From Octopus sinensis (taxonomy: Eukaryota): DNA of 64,000 bases. Where the stretch lies: positions 33,542,001-33,606,000 of the forward strand of contig NC_043005.1 of NCBI RefSeq assembly GCF_006345805.1, written 5' to 3'. The translations under genes were made by a program, and so were the position numbers. Positions 37,850 through 49,075 of the stretch are shown here, in pieces (position 1 is the first letter of the stretch; every line of letters begins with the position of its first letter). Under the pieces are notes generated by a model that saw only the letters and a list, made by a program, of their open reading frames with translations, was not told the origin of the DNA and made no database searches.

Positions 37850-38145
37850 TTTTATCTTTAGTTTTCTTTGTTTCAGTCATTGGACTGCGGCCATTCTGGG
37901 AACCACCGGGAAGGGATTTTGTTGAACACATATTGGCCCCAGTACTTATTTTTAAAGTCAAGTTATTCTATTGGTCTCTTTTACTGAAGTACTAAGTTAT
38001 GGGGATGTAAACAAACCAAGAGATTGTCAAACAGTGGGGAGGGATAAACAGAGGAAGAAAGACACATGCAAACATACTTACATACATATATATATATACA
38101 ACAGGCTTTCACAGTTTCTGTCAACCAAATTCGTTCACAAGCAAT
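37850..38145 (-). mobile_element. SINE family S1 (tail, microsatellite, partial head)
   Basis: tgtttcagtcattggactgcggccat...cccagtacttatt...actaagttatggggatgtaaaca. Confidence 0.75.
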
Positions 38146-38394
38146 TGAATGATCCACCCAAAATGAGCTTCTTAAACACACAGGAATGCCTGTATTTACA
38201 ATGGTTATTTTATGAATGGCAGAAATGAAAATGAAAGAGCAAAACTAATCTGCTACATTTCAAGCTTCAATAGAATACCTGTTATCACTGGCACTGCAGT
38301 GATTGGGATAAAACAAGAGAAAAAGGTATTAACTGACGTGAGCAATAATCCTTATGTAGATGATGAAAGTAATAACAGAAGCAGCAACAACAAA

Positions 38395-38800
38395 AACAGC
38401 AGCATAACAGACCAGATATATTGGTGTTTCAGAAGAGGGAATGGACTTGTTACATAACTGATGTGGCACGTCCATTTGATACAAGAATAAAAGAAAAAGA
38501 AATCAACAAGGTAGATACATACCAGGACCTGAAGACAGAGATAAGCACATAACAGGGTTGCAGAAAAAGTAAAGTCATACCAAATGTCACTGGAGCCTTA
38601 AAAATGATGAGGAAGAGGCTCAAGGAGTGAACAGAAAAGATTGTCTTGCAGAAGCTCGCAGAATACATGCAACTAGCCTGCTTGTTAGGAATGGCGAAGA
38701 TCATTCAAAAGTTCTTGGTGGCTGAGGTCACAGGTGGTTACTTGTTATTCAAGAGTAACTCTCCCTAATTCATACAGGTGAGATACAATAACAACAACAA
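38395..38800 (+). mobile_element. Decayed R4/Dong-type LINE 3' fragment ending in (AAC/AAT)n
   Basis: HNRPDILV......CYITDVA.PFD.RI.EKE..KV..YQDLK.EI, VIP.VTGAL, LLGMAKII. Confidence 0.78.
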
Positions 38801-39200
38801 TCCTTTCTATGATAGGTACAAAGCCTGAAATGACGTGGGAGAGGAATCTAGCTCATTACATCAACCCTTGTGAATAACTGGTATTTTATCGACCCCAATG
38901 GAATTTGAACTCAAAATATAAAGACAAACAAATTGCAGCAAAGCATTTTATCTGGTGTGCTAACACTTTTGTCAGCTTGCCACCTTAATAATAATAATGG
39001 TTTCAAATTTTGGCACAAGACCAGCAATTCTAGAGGAGGGAGCAAGTTGATTACATTGACCCCAGTCAAGTACTAGTACTTATTTTATCGACTCTGAAAG
39101 GATGAAAAGCCAAGTTGAACTTGGTGGAACTTGAACTCAGAACATACAGGCAAATGAAATGTCATTAAGCATTTTGCCTGCTGTGCTAACAATTCTGCCA
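38801..39200 (-). mobile_element. Two tandem S2 SINEs separated by (AAT)n
   Basis: Copies at about 38801-38986 and 38999-39200, both with tttgaactca and gcatttt...ctaac motifs. Confidence 0.82.
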
Positions 39201-40120
39201 TTTTGAATCCTTTCTATTGGCACAAGGTCTAAAGTTTTGCAGTTTAGTAGCACATAATGTGGAGATCAAATTAAGCAAGATAAGGGAGGAATTCAGTTTT
39301 GGAAGAGACACAGTTTATTTAGTTATAATTTCTTAGACTAAGATTCTAAATTTTTCTGAAGATTTAATATATTGTAGTTAACCTATCAGCTACATTAGAC
39401 AGCCACCATTGTCATTTCTACTCCTTGTTTAGATTTTGACTTCTTCAGTTTTCTTGTCACAGAAGCTGCCTAGTACTGCTGCTCAAGTGTGCAAAAAGTT
39501 GTTCTGTACCTCTCAAACTCAAAAGAATAACTGCTGTAGAGAAGTAAAACTGCCAGCTGTTGGCCAGAAATTACCAATTTATGTTATTGATCGTTATAAT
39601 AAGAAGACTGTTTTCATAAAAATGAAACATGACCATCACAGATCAGTTATTTTGATACTGTCTTCCACTAGTCATTGGTCAGAGCAGAATTTTCCATTAA
39701 ATAAAAAGGATCCAATGAACCATGTTCAAGTCGTTTATATTAATAGCAAAATGGAGTTTTGCTGCTTTTGCTGCTGGCAAGATTTCAGTATTTGTTAGCC
39801 AGTATCAGTTGGCAATGCTCCACTTCCTTCACTGGTCAAACAGAATCACCAATGTTCATCTATGAGACCAACTGGACAAACTACTTTAAGCTCCACTTCA
39901 AAACAGCAAGAATATTAGCATGTTGTGATGTTTCTAATATGATTTCAATTTTAAATTTTTGTCTCATAGCAGCAGCAGTGGATTATTTTCATTTTTGCAC
40001 CATTACATGCTGCTATACTTTCTTCACTTTAAAAATTTCTAAATTAAATCTGTGGTTGCAATCTTTATTGTGCCATTTCTCCATTGTAAACCTGACTGGA
40101 AGTCAATGCAGATGTAACTA

Positions 40121-40770
40121 CAAGGAGAAGTCAAAAGTTATTCCCGCTACGGCTATAACATACCTTTATTATTGTCACACTGCCTTCTGCACGTGTGTGC
40201 TTATAGTTGGTAGTATTGTGGTCATGTGATTGAAGTTTGAGCCTGATCACACCATTTTTGTTTCTGGCTTTACAGTGTAAGCATGGCCACTCCACTAGCA
40301 ATGTGCACCAAAGAACAAAGAGCAGTGATCCAATTTCTCAGGTTGGAAGGTGTGTCAGGTGCTGAAATTCATTGGAGGCTTTTGGCACAATACGGGGACA
40401 ATGAACTACCATATAGAAATGTGTATGAGTGGATTGAGAAGTTTAAAAGTGGCCAGACAAACATGATGCATGAAGAGGGAGCAGGGCGCCCATCAACCTC
40501 CACCACTGACAAAAAGATTCAGCAAGCTTGAGAGATAGAACCATTACCATCTCTTGGATCACTGGCTCATTGTTCTTCTTTGGTGCACATAGCTAGTAGA
40601 GTGACCATGCTTACACTGTAACGCCAGAAAGAAAAATAGTGCAATCAGGCTCAAACTTCAATCACACGGCCACCATAGTACCAACTATACGCACGTATAT
40701 GCAAAAGGCAGTATAACAATAATAAAGATATGTTATGGCAAAAGTATGGATAATTTTTGACTTCCCCTCG
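40121..40770. mobile_element. Mariner-derived MITE with ~215 bp inverted arms and the transposase N-terminus
   Basis: TA|CAAGGAGAAGTCAAAAGTTAT...ATAATTTTTGACTTCCCCTCG|TA. ORF 40283-40531 EQRAVIQFL..EG....EIH.RL...YG.......VYEW...FK.G........GRP; 40555-40770 is the reverse complement of 40121-40335. Confidence 0.92.
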
Positions 40771-41092
40771 TACTACACAATTTTAATGTCATTATCTTTG
40801 CAGTGGGTTTACTTTGGGTGAGACACCTGGGATGTTGTGGTGTTATTACAGAACAGGGTTCTGAAATTAAGTGGACCAAGTGTTTGATTGAGAAGATATA
40901 AGCTATCTGGTTAATATATCATCAAAACAGTATACAGGAGTAATGATCTACAATTGTTCAAGGAAATAGTGCTCAATATGCAAATTGCAAGCATTTGCAG
41001 TGTGTGGGAATCCTTTTATGCCTGCCTTCCATGATGGCAGGAGTTGGATGCTTTGTCAATATACAAGTCAGAAGACCATGTCTTGCTTTTGG

Positions 41093-41302
41093 AGTACTCT
41101 GTTAAATGTGATATTTATTTATTTATATTGTTTTGAGTTACTCATGCATTATCTAGTAGCTTCAAGATTTTGATGATATGATTGTTTATATTTTAGAATG
41201 GCACTATAGGATTGGTGTCAGAGGCCTGATCTTGCCATTTTGAACATAAAACAGGTAGAATATTTTGGCCAGATTTGGACAGTTTAAATGCTGAAGGGTT
41301 AA
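41093..41302 (+). mobile_element. TTAA-type MITE family A, left end lost
   Basis: tttgaacataaaacaggtagaat...gtttaaatgctgaaggg|TTAA. Confidence 0.75.
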
Positions 41303-41354
41303 GTATTTCAATTTCCGCACGGTTTCTGAAGTTGCATGCCCTTCCTAACATTAT

Positions 41355-41399
<45 letters not shown>

Positions 41400-42899
41400 C
41401 TGTTTTTACATCTAAATCTACTCAAAAGACTGAGGCTAAAGCAGAAGATGCTTACCCAGACAAAACTATGTAGTAGGGAAGCATGCATGTTGCATGGGTG
41501 GGTGGATGAATAATATTATCAAGTGGTAATAATAAAGTGTGAAGTACTTGTTCTATGCTACAGAATATTATGGGTAATCTATTCAACACAGCCAATAATG
41601 CTTCACTGAATGTGAAGGTCACTGTTTAAGAAGTTTAAGGAGAGTCAATAAAATTATGGAAATTGGTAACAGATATATATATATATATATAATGCCACAC
41701 ATAACAATAATACAAAAAATAAGTTGTTCTAAGTAATAAACTGTTGCTGAATTCAGAATACAAGACTCAATACTGCTTTACAGGAAAAAGAAGTTGAAAT
41801 CAATGATTCTCAATATCACAGTTCATCAATAATAATTGATATCATAAAAGATTTGTATCCTCCTCAAGTGTTAGATAAAAGATGAAAAAATCTAAAAGGA
41901 TTGGCAGTGTCCTTTTCATTAGAGAAATAAAGATATTTTTTTTTCATTGATGTTTTCCTAGTCTCTCTCCCTACCTCTCTCTGGATGTCTGTGAGTCTAT
42001 AAACTTCCAGAATTAGAATGAAAAAAAATAACTATAGTATTCTTGTAACATTTTTTCTTCAATGAACAAGCCTTTCTACAGTATAAATATTTTAGCAAGA
42101 AGTCACTTGTGTAAGTTTTAAAATAGAGTATAAACAGCATAATTTATTCTTTATAAAGAACAAACAATAACTATATTGTATTTGTTGATGAAGAGAAGAA
42201 ATTCAACAGGTTTTTTTAACAGGGAAATGAAGTCATAAACGAGAAAGCTATAATTAAACTTTGTAATTAAAAATTAGTTCTAAGTTTAGAAAACTTTAAT
42301 ATAGGTGAGTTTCTGTGAAAGCTTAATCCTTGACTAACTGTTCTGTTTCCATCCTCATTGGTTTAAATGTAGCTACATTCAAATTTGGAAAGGAAGGCTT
42401 CAGTTATAAGAGAGCAGCTGAGTTGGAGATAGCAAATGGCAAATAAGCATTAAAGAAATGGCCTTGTTTGATGTAATTGGTAACTCTCTATCATGTAAGT
42501 CAGTACAAAACAATATAGTAAAAAAAAAGCATGAAATAAGGAACCATGATTTTATGTATACTAAGTGCACTATCAAGACTCAAAGAATGAAAGGGAAGCT
42601 TTTGCTTTCTGAGACTAAACCTTTTTCACTGAAGTCTTCACATTTCATATTGATGGTACTGGATTTCCATTAAAAAAAGATAAGTAGCAGCTGTCATGGT
42701 AAACTTAAGGCATCATACTAAGATGTGAACATGTAGACATCTTGATGTACAGATGTCATTTGTAAAGGACCAATATCTGTATGATGAGTAGATTTGTATA
42801 GTATGTGTGTTCTTATACAGTGTATGTATATGTAGAGTATGAGAGTTTGTATAGAATATGTGTGTGTATGTGTGTGTGAATGTGTATTCAAGAAGACCT

Positions 42900-43180
42900 A
42901 TTTGCCACAGCAGAATTGATACCGACGCTGATGTCACATAGAAAGTATTTGTGCTGTTGCCACATAGAAAGCACTGGTGTTGGTGCCACATTAAAAGCAC
43001 TGGTGCCACATAAAAGCACTCCTAACACTCTGTAAAGGAGTTGGCATTAGGAAGGGCATCCAGCCATAGAAACTATACTAGAACAGACAATGGAGCCTGG
43101 TGTGGCCTCTAGCCTTACCAGCTCCAGTCAAACCATCCAACCCATGCCAGCATGGAAAATGGACATTAAATGATGGTGGT
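42900..43180 (+). mobile_element. SINE/LINE-tail element (family S4) with short internal tandem repeats
   Basis: Repeated gccacatagaaagcact units, then ttggcattaggaagggcatccagcc...cccatgccagcatggaaaatggacattaaatgat. Confidence 0.75.
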
Positions 43181-44329
43181 GTATGTATATGTGTATACAT
43201 GTATAGTATATGTGTATACATATCGTGTTCAGTTGGTGTTTAGGGCCCCATACTACATGCAACAGCAAGTTTGTGTTGGTTCACAGTTGTAGCTACCTAA
43301 ATATTTGAAGATAGGGAATTACGAAACAAGTTAGGTTGACTGAACAAATAAGAAAGAAAGACACAAATTGAGTGAGAAGTGGAGAAGATCAGGTATAGAA
43401 TTAACAGCACATGAGTCACCTGAACTGGAGATCTTTATAATCAGTAAGGTGTGGGAGTGGAGTGGAGGAGACTGCAAGAATATAAACGGATATCAGTTGA
43501 ATAACTGAAAATAAAGGATTAATAAAGTGAAGTAAGTGGTTTAACAGCTCCAACTTCAGATGAGTCAACAGTATAAAATTGGAGAGTTCAAAATTTGGTA
43601 ACAGCAGTTTCAATTCAATGAGAAAAAAAAAAAGAAACTTAAACAAAACAAAAGAGAAAAAAATGAAAGAAAAATTCTAAGTATCCATACAAATTATTCA
43701 TTAACAAAATTCTACTCTCAATATTATTATTATTATTATTATTATTCCCTGAGAATATATGCTTGAAATTGCAAGGAATAAACCAGACATCAAATAATGT
43801 TTTCCGCAGACAAAACTCCATTGATTCTAGCATCTAATGTTTCCATAGCTGCATTAATGCTATGGAATGTAAAGTAATGACTCAGCAGACAAGAGGACAG
43901 AGTTCCATTATAGAAGTGAAGTATGCTTCCATATAACAACAACTAGTTGGCCTGCCTGGCTGCTTGCAAACTGGATGGATACCAGCATAATGCTGCTAAC
44001 CCATGGCAACAGTGAGGTTGTCAAAGTGATTTCAGAATCTAGAGCCTATCAAAACATTCATCATCATCATGGCTACAATAGTACTTTGTCATTGATATCT
44101 AATATTAATATAAGCAGGATTTTAAAATTATCAAAATAAGACTAACAATATAAAAATCTTGTTTATTTTCGATAATTAAAATTTGAAAACTATTAATTTT
44201 CCTAACTATATTTTACATCTAAAATCATTTAACCATATGTTTGGAATCCTACGATAATTTAGAAGGAAATGAAAGTAGTGACATTCATTTCTTTTCTGAA
44301 GCTGCATAAATAAAATGAAATAATTCCAT

Positions 44330-44530
44330 TATCATCATCATTTAATGTCCGTTTTCCACGTTGGCATGAGTGGAATGGTTTGTCAAGATCCAACAAGTGA
44401 GAGGACTGCATCAAGTTTGTGTCAGCTTTAGCATGGTTTCTGCTGATGGATGTCCTTCCAAACAGTGTGTCACTGGGTGCTTTGTGTGTGTGTGTGTGTG
44501 TGTGAGACCAGCACCAGTGAGGTTGCCATG
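44330..44530 (-). mobile_element. Family S4 element, reversed
   Basis: (atc)n tttaatgtccgttttccacgttggcatg...gatggatgtccttcc. Confidence 0.7.
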
Positions 44531-44956
44531 AAATTTACTAAGCAAGAAAAAAAAGCTCTCTTAGCTGAGCGGAGTGTATTTGAGAGAGGTAGGGAGGTGG
44601 CATTCTGCCAAGTGTATGATAGAGAGACAAACACAGGTGTCTTTCTAAAGAGATGATACATGGCTGTGAGCTCTACAATAGATATTCCATACAAGTTGAT
44701 GAGGAGAATGAAAAGTAGTGTCATCTCTCTTCAGTTCTTTTGAGTAGGTATAATGTAAAGCTATTGTTATTTAGAGAATTAACCATCAATGGAACTAACC
44801 CTAGAGGGATGAAAAGCAAATCAGGTGAAGTGCAAAGTATGTGAATAAAACTTACAGTGGTATTTAACTTATTGTCTGCCATGTCTACCAACTGCTTCAG
44901 ATGAAATTTATCAATAACTTAGAATAGTAGAGTATTTGACCCTTATCAAATTGAAA

Positions 44957-45172
44957 TTAAATCTTTTTGATACCATCATACTTGAGAACTCCCCTGGATC
45001 TGAGACCAACATCTCATTCTAAAGTGATCTAATTTAAAACCTTCCATCAAAATTACATGTTAATTTGTTCCAAACACCAACTTAATGATAATGTTTATTT
45101 TACTAAATTTTTCATTATCTTCAAAATTAACTGAAACAATGTATTTCAACAGTAATGTGGTAACAAAATTTA
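44957..45172 (-). mobile_element. TTAA-type MITE family B, reversed
   Basis: TTAA-atctttttgatacc...aaaaccttccatcaaaatt...gttccaaacacc. Confidence 0.65.
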
Positions 45173-45767
45173 TTATCAGGCCATGCTTTTTTTTTTTTTT
45201 GGTTGCTAAAGACACATTCCTGGAAGGACTGTGTCTTTAAACTGGAAAAAAGACACCACAAAATACATCTTTACTAATATAACTCAGTATTTCTATTATT
45301 TCATTCACCATTCCCACTAACATAACTTGGTGTACTACTGTTTCATTTACCATTTCCACTAATGGTGATAATCAATATTAAAAGAAAATCGAAGAGCTCA
45401 ATACACAAAAATTAAATCACTAAGAAATATTTTCAATTTATTTTTTTCAAATCTGAGTTTAATCTTCATTTAAGAAAACAATTTTTTAAAATAATGTTGA
45501 AATAATGAAAGGTGGGATATTGAGAACATAATCTGAAGTTAAAGGTATTTAATTGAAAACACCACAGGAAATTAACTTCCCCAGGCCTTCTTGCAATGAA
45601 ACTATTTTATTTCATTGTTCCTGTCTTCTAATGATTAGAAGAACTCAGTAAGCATTGCTTTAATAATAACACATCAAGAGTAACAGATGGAGAATGGAGC
45701 AGCAACAAGAGAAGGAAGATTTTGATATGTGAGGAACAGGTCAGACATACTATGTTAAATAGAGAAT

Positions 45768-46412
45768 GGGCCATTCCACAGTATTTTGTTCACACAAAAA
45801 TCAAAATTAAAGTTTATTTATTTGAAAAAAAATTTCTTATTAATTTTTTGCATAAAAGTCATAGTTTGTGTAAAAATGAAAAATGATTGTCGGTCTACTG
45901 TTGCTTATGCATAAATTATCATAATTTTTATAATTTCTAATTTAAAAAAATTTTTTTGCTAGACAGAAATAATAAAAAACTGGTTAAAAGTACTGGGACA
46001 TGGACTCCTCAAGGAAACAAATATTCAGTAACACTGAAAACCTAAATCTGCTTCAGAGAAACAGTAGTGTTTACTTGTCCAATAAATGCTTTTTCTCTCC
46101 GCAACACTTTAAGGTCTTGTTAGTTCTCACACAAATAGCTATTTCAGAATTTGCATTTCAGAACCTCTGTTTTTAGGCTACTGCTATTCAATAATGTTTT
46201 CAAAATGGCCAGATGTTTTTTTGTTCTGTCCAAAGTACATAAGTATTTTTTTGTTGTGGAGGGGAAGTCTGTTGCAGAAAAAGTGTGAAGTCCTACTGTA
46301 AACAGCCTGTAATCTTGAGGAGATACATTGTGTAGAAAGAGAATGTCCAAAATGTGGAGCTACTGAGCCAGTAGATGAAGTGTTTGCTGATGCTAATGAA
46401 GATTCCATTATC
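45768..46412 (+). mobile_element. Left part of a decayed Sola2-like DNA transposon
   Basis: GGGCCATTCCAC terminus-like start; Cys-rich coding relic CVERECPKCGATEPVDEVFADANEDSII that continues at 48773. Confidence 0.55.
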
Positions 46413-48772
46413 CAATCACAATAGGCAAGCCACAACGAACACCAAGCATGGACATGAACCACATAGAATTTCCTTGTGTCTGTGGACGGAAGTTCTTGAC
46501 TATGCGAGGTATGAAGATTCACAGAACAAAAATGAATACTCATATGTGCGAACAGCAGCGCTCTGCTTCGGCGGATAAGACGTAGGAAGACCAAGGCCAG
46601 GAAGAAAACCACAGTGCCACAGACATCTACGCTCTCACTTCAGATGAGGAGTTAGTACAGGCCCTCAATGCCAAGCACAAGAAGCTAAGCCTACTACTGG
46701 CTAATGCCAAAGATCAACGGGAGGAGCTAGACAAACAACTTGTCACAGAACTTGAAGCCTTGATAAGGAAAAGTACTCTGGAACACAAACTAGCCACATA
46801 TGGAGATGTAGTGTACACAACCTGCAGAGACATCCTTGGTGGTAAAAAAGCCAAAAGAGAAGAAGCCACTTCAGAAATCCAGACGACAGGACATGATGGA
46901 GTACATTAGGATTCAGAGGAATAACCTCCAGAAACAACTAAAGATTGCCTCTGATACTGAGCGGCATGGCCTGCATGAATTCTGGCAAGACTTGAAAACC
47001 AAACATAGCGCCCTTAGTAAAGCGGAAACTGTGAAGAAAAAGGGTAAGTGAAAAAAAACGCATAACTGCTGCTTCTAATTCACTACGGCGCTATTTGAGC
47101 AGCCAAAGTCTGGAACACTGACTGTTGATAAAGATGTGCTTGAACAGCATCTCAAAGAAACATACTCACAGCCCCAGAAAGACACCCTACTTAACATCCC
47201 AGGCCTAGTTGAACCTAGCAGACCAACAACAGCATTCAACGACAAGCCACCCACGTTGAAGGAGATGAGGAAGGTGGTTGAGAAAGCCAGAACCAAGTCC
47301 GTGCTGGGGCCAAACAGAATATCGTACCTTCTGTACATGAAATGCCCAAAGGCAGGAAGTGGAAGACGATGGAAGCTGTAGAGGTAGCTAAGGAGAGCCT
47401 AAGGATGAGAAAGATCATTAGGCACACTCAGACCAACAGACAAGGCCTAGGATCCCCTAAAATGGAATGGTGGTCCAAGACCAAAGGAAAAGCAAAGAGA
47501 GACTTGGTGATCCAAGAGATCAGGGAAGAGGCATACAAAGGAAGGCTCCAGAAGGCATTGCAATAAAGTCAGCAGGGACAATGGACAACATGGGAAAGTG
47601 CTCTTCAAAGAAGCCTGAGCTGGAAAGATCTGTGGCACATGGCTCCACTCAAGATCAGCTTCATTCTCAGATCAGTGTATGACCTCCAACCCTTAAATGC
47701 CAAATTAGTAAAATGGGGAAAATCTGAGGATCCCTACTGTCCACTCTGCAACAGAAGACAGACAGTGGAGTACATTCTCAGCTCTTGCAAAGCAGCCCTC
47801 ACCCAAAGGAGATACACTTGGAGGCACAACCTAGTGCTGAAAGAGCTTGCTGAAGCGGTCAAATTCAATACGACCAAGAGCAAAGGATGATGCACAGAAC
47901 CTGAGGCATGGTTCCATGCGGCAGGAGGCAAGAAAACTTGGCCAACTACAAGCATCCTATGCAGATCCTGCAGACAAGGCCTGCTGTATGAAGCAGGTGA
48001 TAGGGAGTGCGCTGCAGATCTCCCAAAGTGGAACAACTACCCAGAAGTCATCAAGAAGACTGGCTCAAGATCCAACATAGTGCTCCACTCCCAGAATGCC
48101 AAGGAGATCCTCCTGATCGAACTCACTGTGCCTTATGAAACCAGGAGTGAAGATGCCCATGTCTATAAGACAGAAAAGTACGCTGACTTAGCCAGAGACC
48201 TGAGGGACGCTGGATTCAAAACCAAAGTCTCCGCAGTCGAGGTTGGTGTCAGGGGATTTGTAGGCTCATCTGCCTACAACCTCATGAAACAGCTGTCCAT
48301 CTCTGGAAGAAGCAGAACTAGAACCTTGAGGGCAATGGGAGAAGTGGCAGAGAAGGCCTCAAGTTGGATCTGGTTGAGGAGGAACAAAGGCCAACTTCGT
48401 CCCAATTCAAGTGAGTGCCAGATTGGTGTAGTCATGTAGGCCTGCACCTCTGGAGCCAGTGATCCTGGTTTGAATCCCGCTGGGACCATGAGAAAAAAGA
48501 ACCCTCACACCTGAGTCATCCGAGTGCTCGCGAGTGCACCCAGCTGGAAATGGGTATTTAGCCCTTCTCAGGGCCACAGCACACGTCACAGCAGTGCTAG
48601 AAACCAGAGAAACAAATCCCACCTAAGGCATACTAAAACGGACAGCAGGTAGACATCCAGGAGTCATGACTCGGATGTGGCCTGACCCCACAAGAGCGTC
48701 AGGAGTTAAGGGCTGAAGGGTGTTTCTCCTCTGAGGACCACCTGCTGTTATGCTCTCCCTGAGTTTCTTTCC
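46413..48772 (+). mobile_element. HERO-type non-LTR retrotransposon (restriction-like endonuclease), RT domain deleted
   Basis: N-terminal Zn finger CVCGRKFLTMRGMKIHRTKM; HLKETYS..PPT..E...V.KAR..S..GPN.I.Y..Y.KCPK joined directly to GRKWK..EAV; QG.WT.W...R.LSW.DLW.M....ISF..RSVYD; CPLC....T..YILSSC..AL.Q.RYTWRHN.VL; IELTVPYE......K..KY; VEVG.RGF. Confidence 0.88.
48414..48620 (+). mobile_element. tRNA-derived SINE-like segment embedded at the HERO ORF end / 3' UTR
   Basis: Acceptor-like agtgcca/tgggacc, A-box-like TGGTGTAGT, B box GGTTTGAATCC (48467-48477), tRNA-Gln-like 3' half, then cacccagctggaaatgggta, a central SINE-domain-like motif. Confidence 0.6.
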
Positions 48773-49075
48773 ACTCAGTGGGTGACTGGCAAAGATGAGT
48801 GAGTGAGAAAGCTGTTGCAAGAATGCACAATTGCTGAGGCAAAAGAAGCTCTTGTGGAGCAACAACAGCCATTCAGCAAACATATTTACAACATTAAGCG
48901 GCAGTTTGCAGAACTCAAGTTCCAGAAAGAAAACCTGAAAACAAGTGAAGTAATCATTCAACAAAATTTTCCAGAAAGTTTTCAACTGAAACACCAGAAA
49001 GAAGAGATGGCAGCTCACTGGTCCAGCGACATGGTCATTCTCTTCACTGCCATGGCTTACTTTGCGCAGTTGTAA
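48773..49075 (+). mobile_element. Right part of the Sola2-like transposase relic
   Basis: QWVTGKDE*VRK...F.KHIYNIKRQF..LK..KENL...EVII..NF.ESF..K.Q.E....HW....V.LF resembles the Sola H..Q...DF.ENY...Q.E.Q..HW block. Confidence 0.7.

Noticed and set aside
39436-40229. Two ORFs of 120 and 156 aa
   Set aside because: Non-ATG starts, no recognisable domain, and the second runs into the mariner MITE.
48690-48760. Degenerate hammerhead-like pieces in the HERO tail (gtc-agg, gggc-tgaa, cctg-ctgtta-tgctc)
   Set aside because: Both core boxes deviate too far in this copy; only a family consensus could support it.
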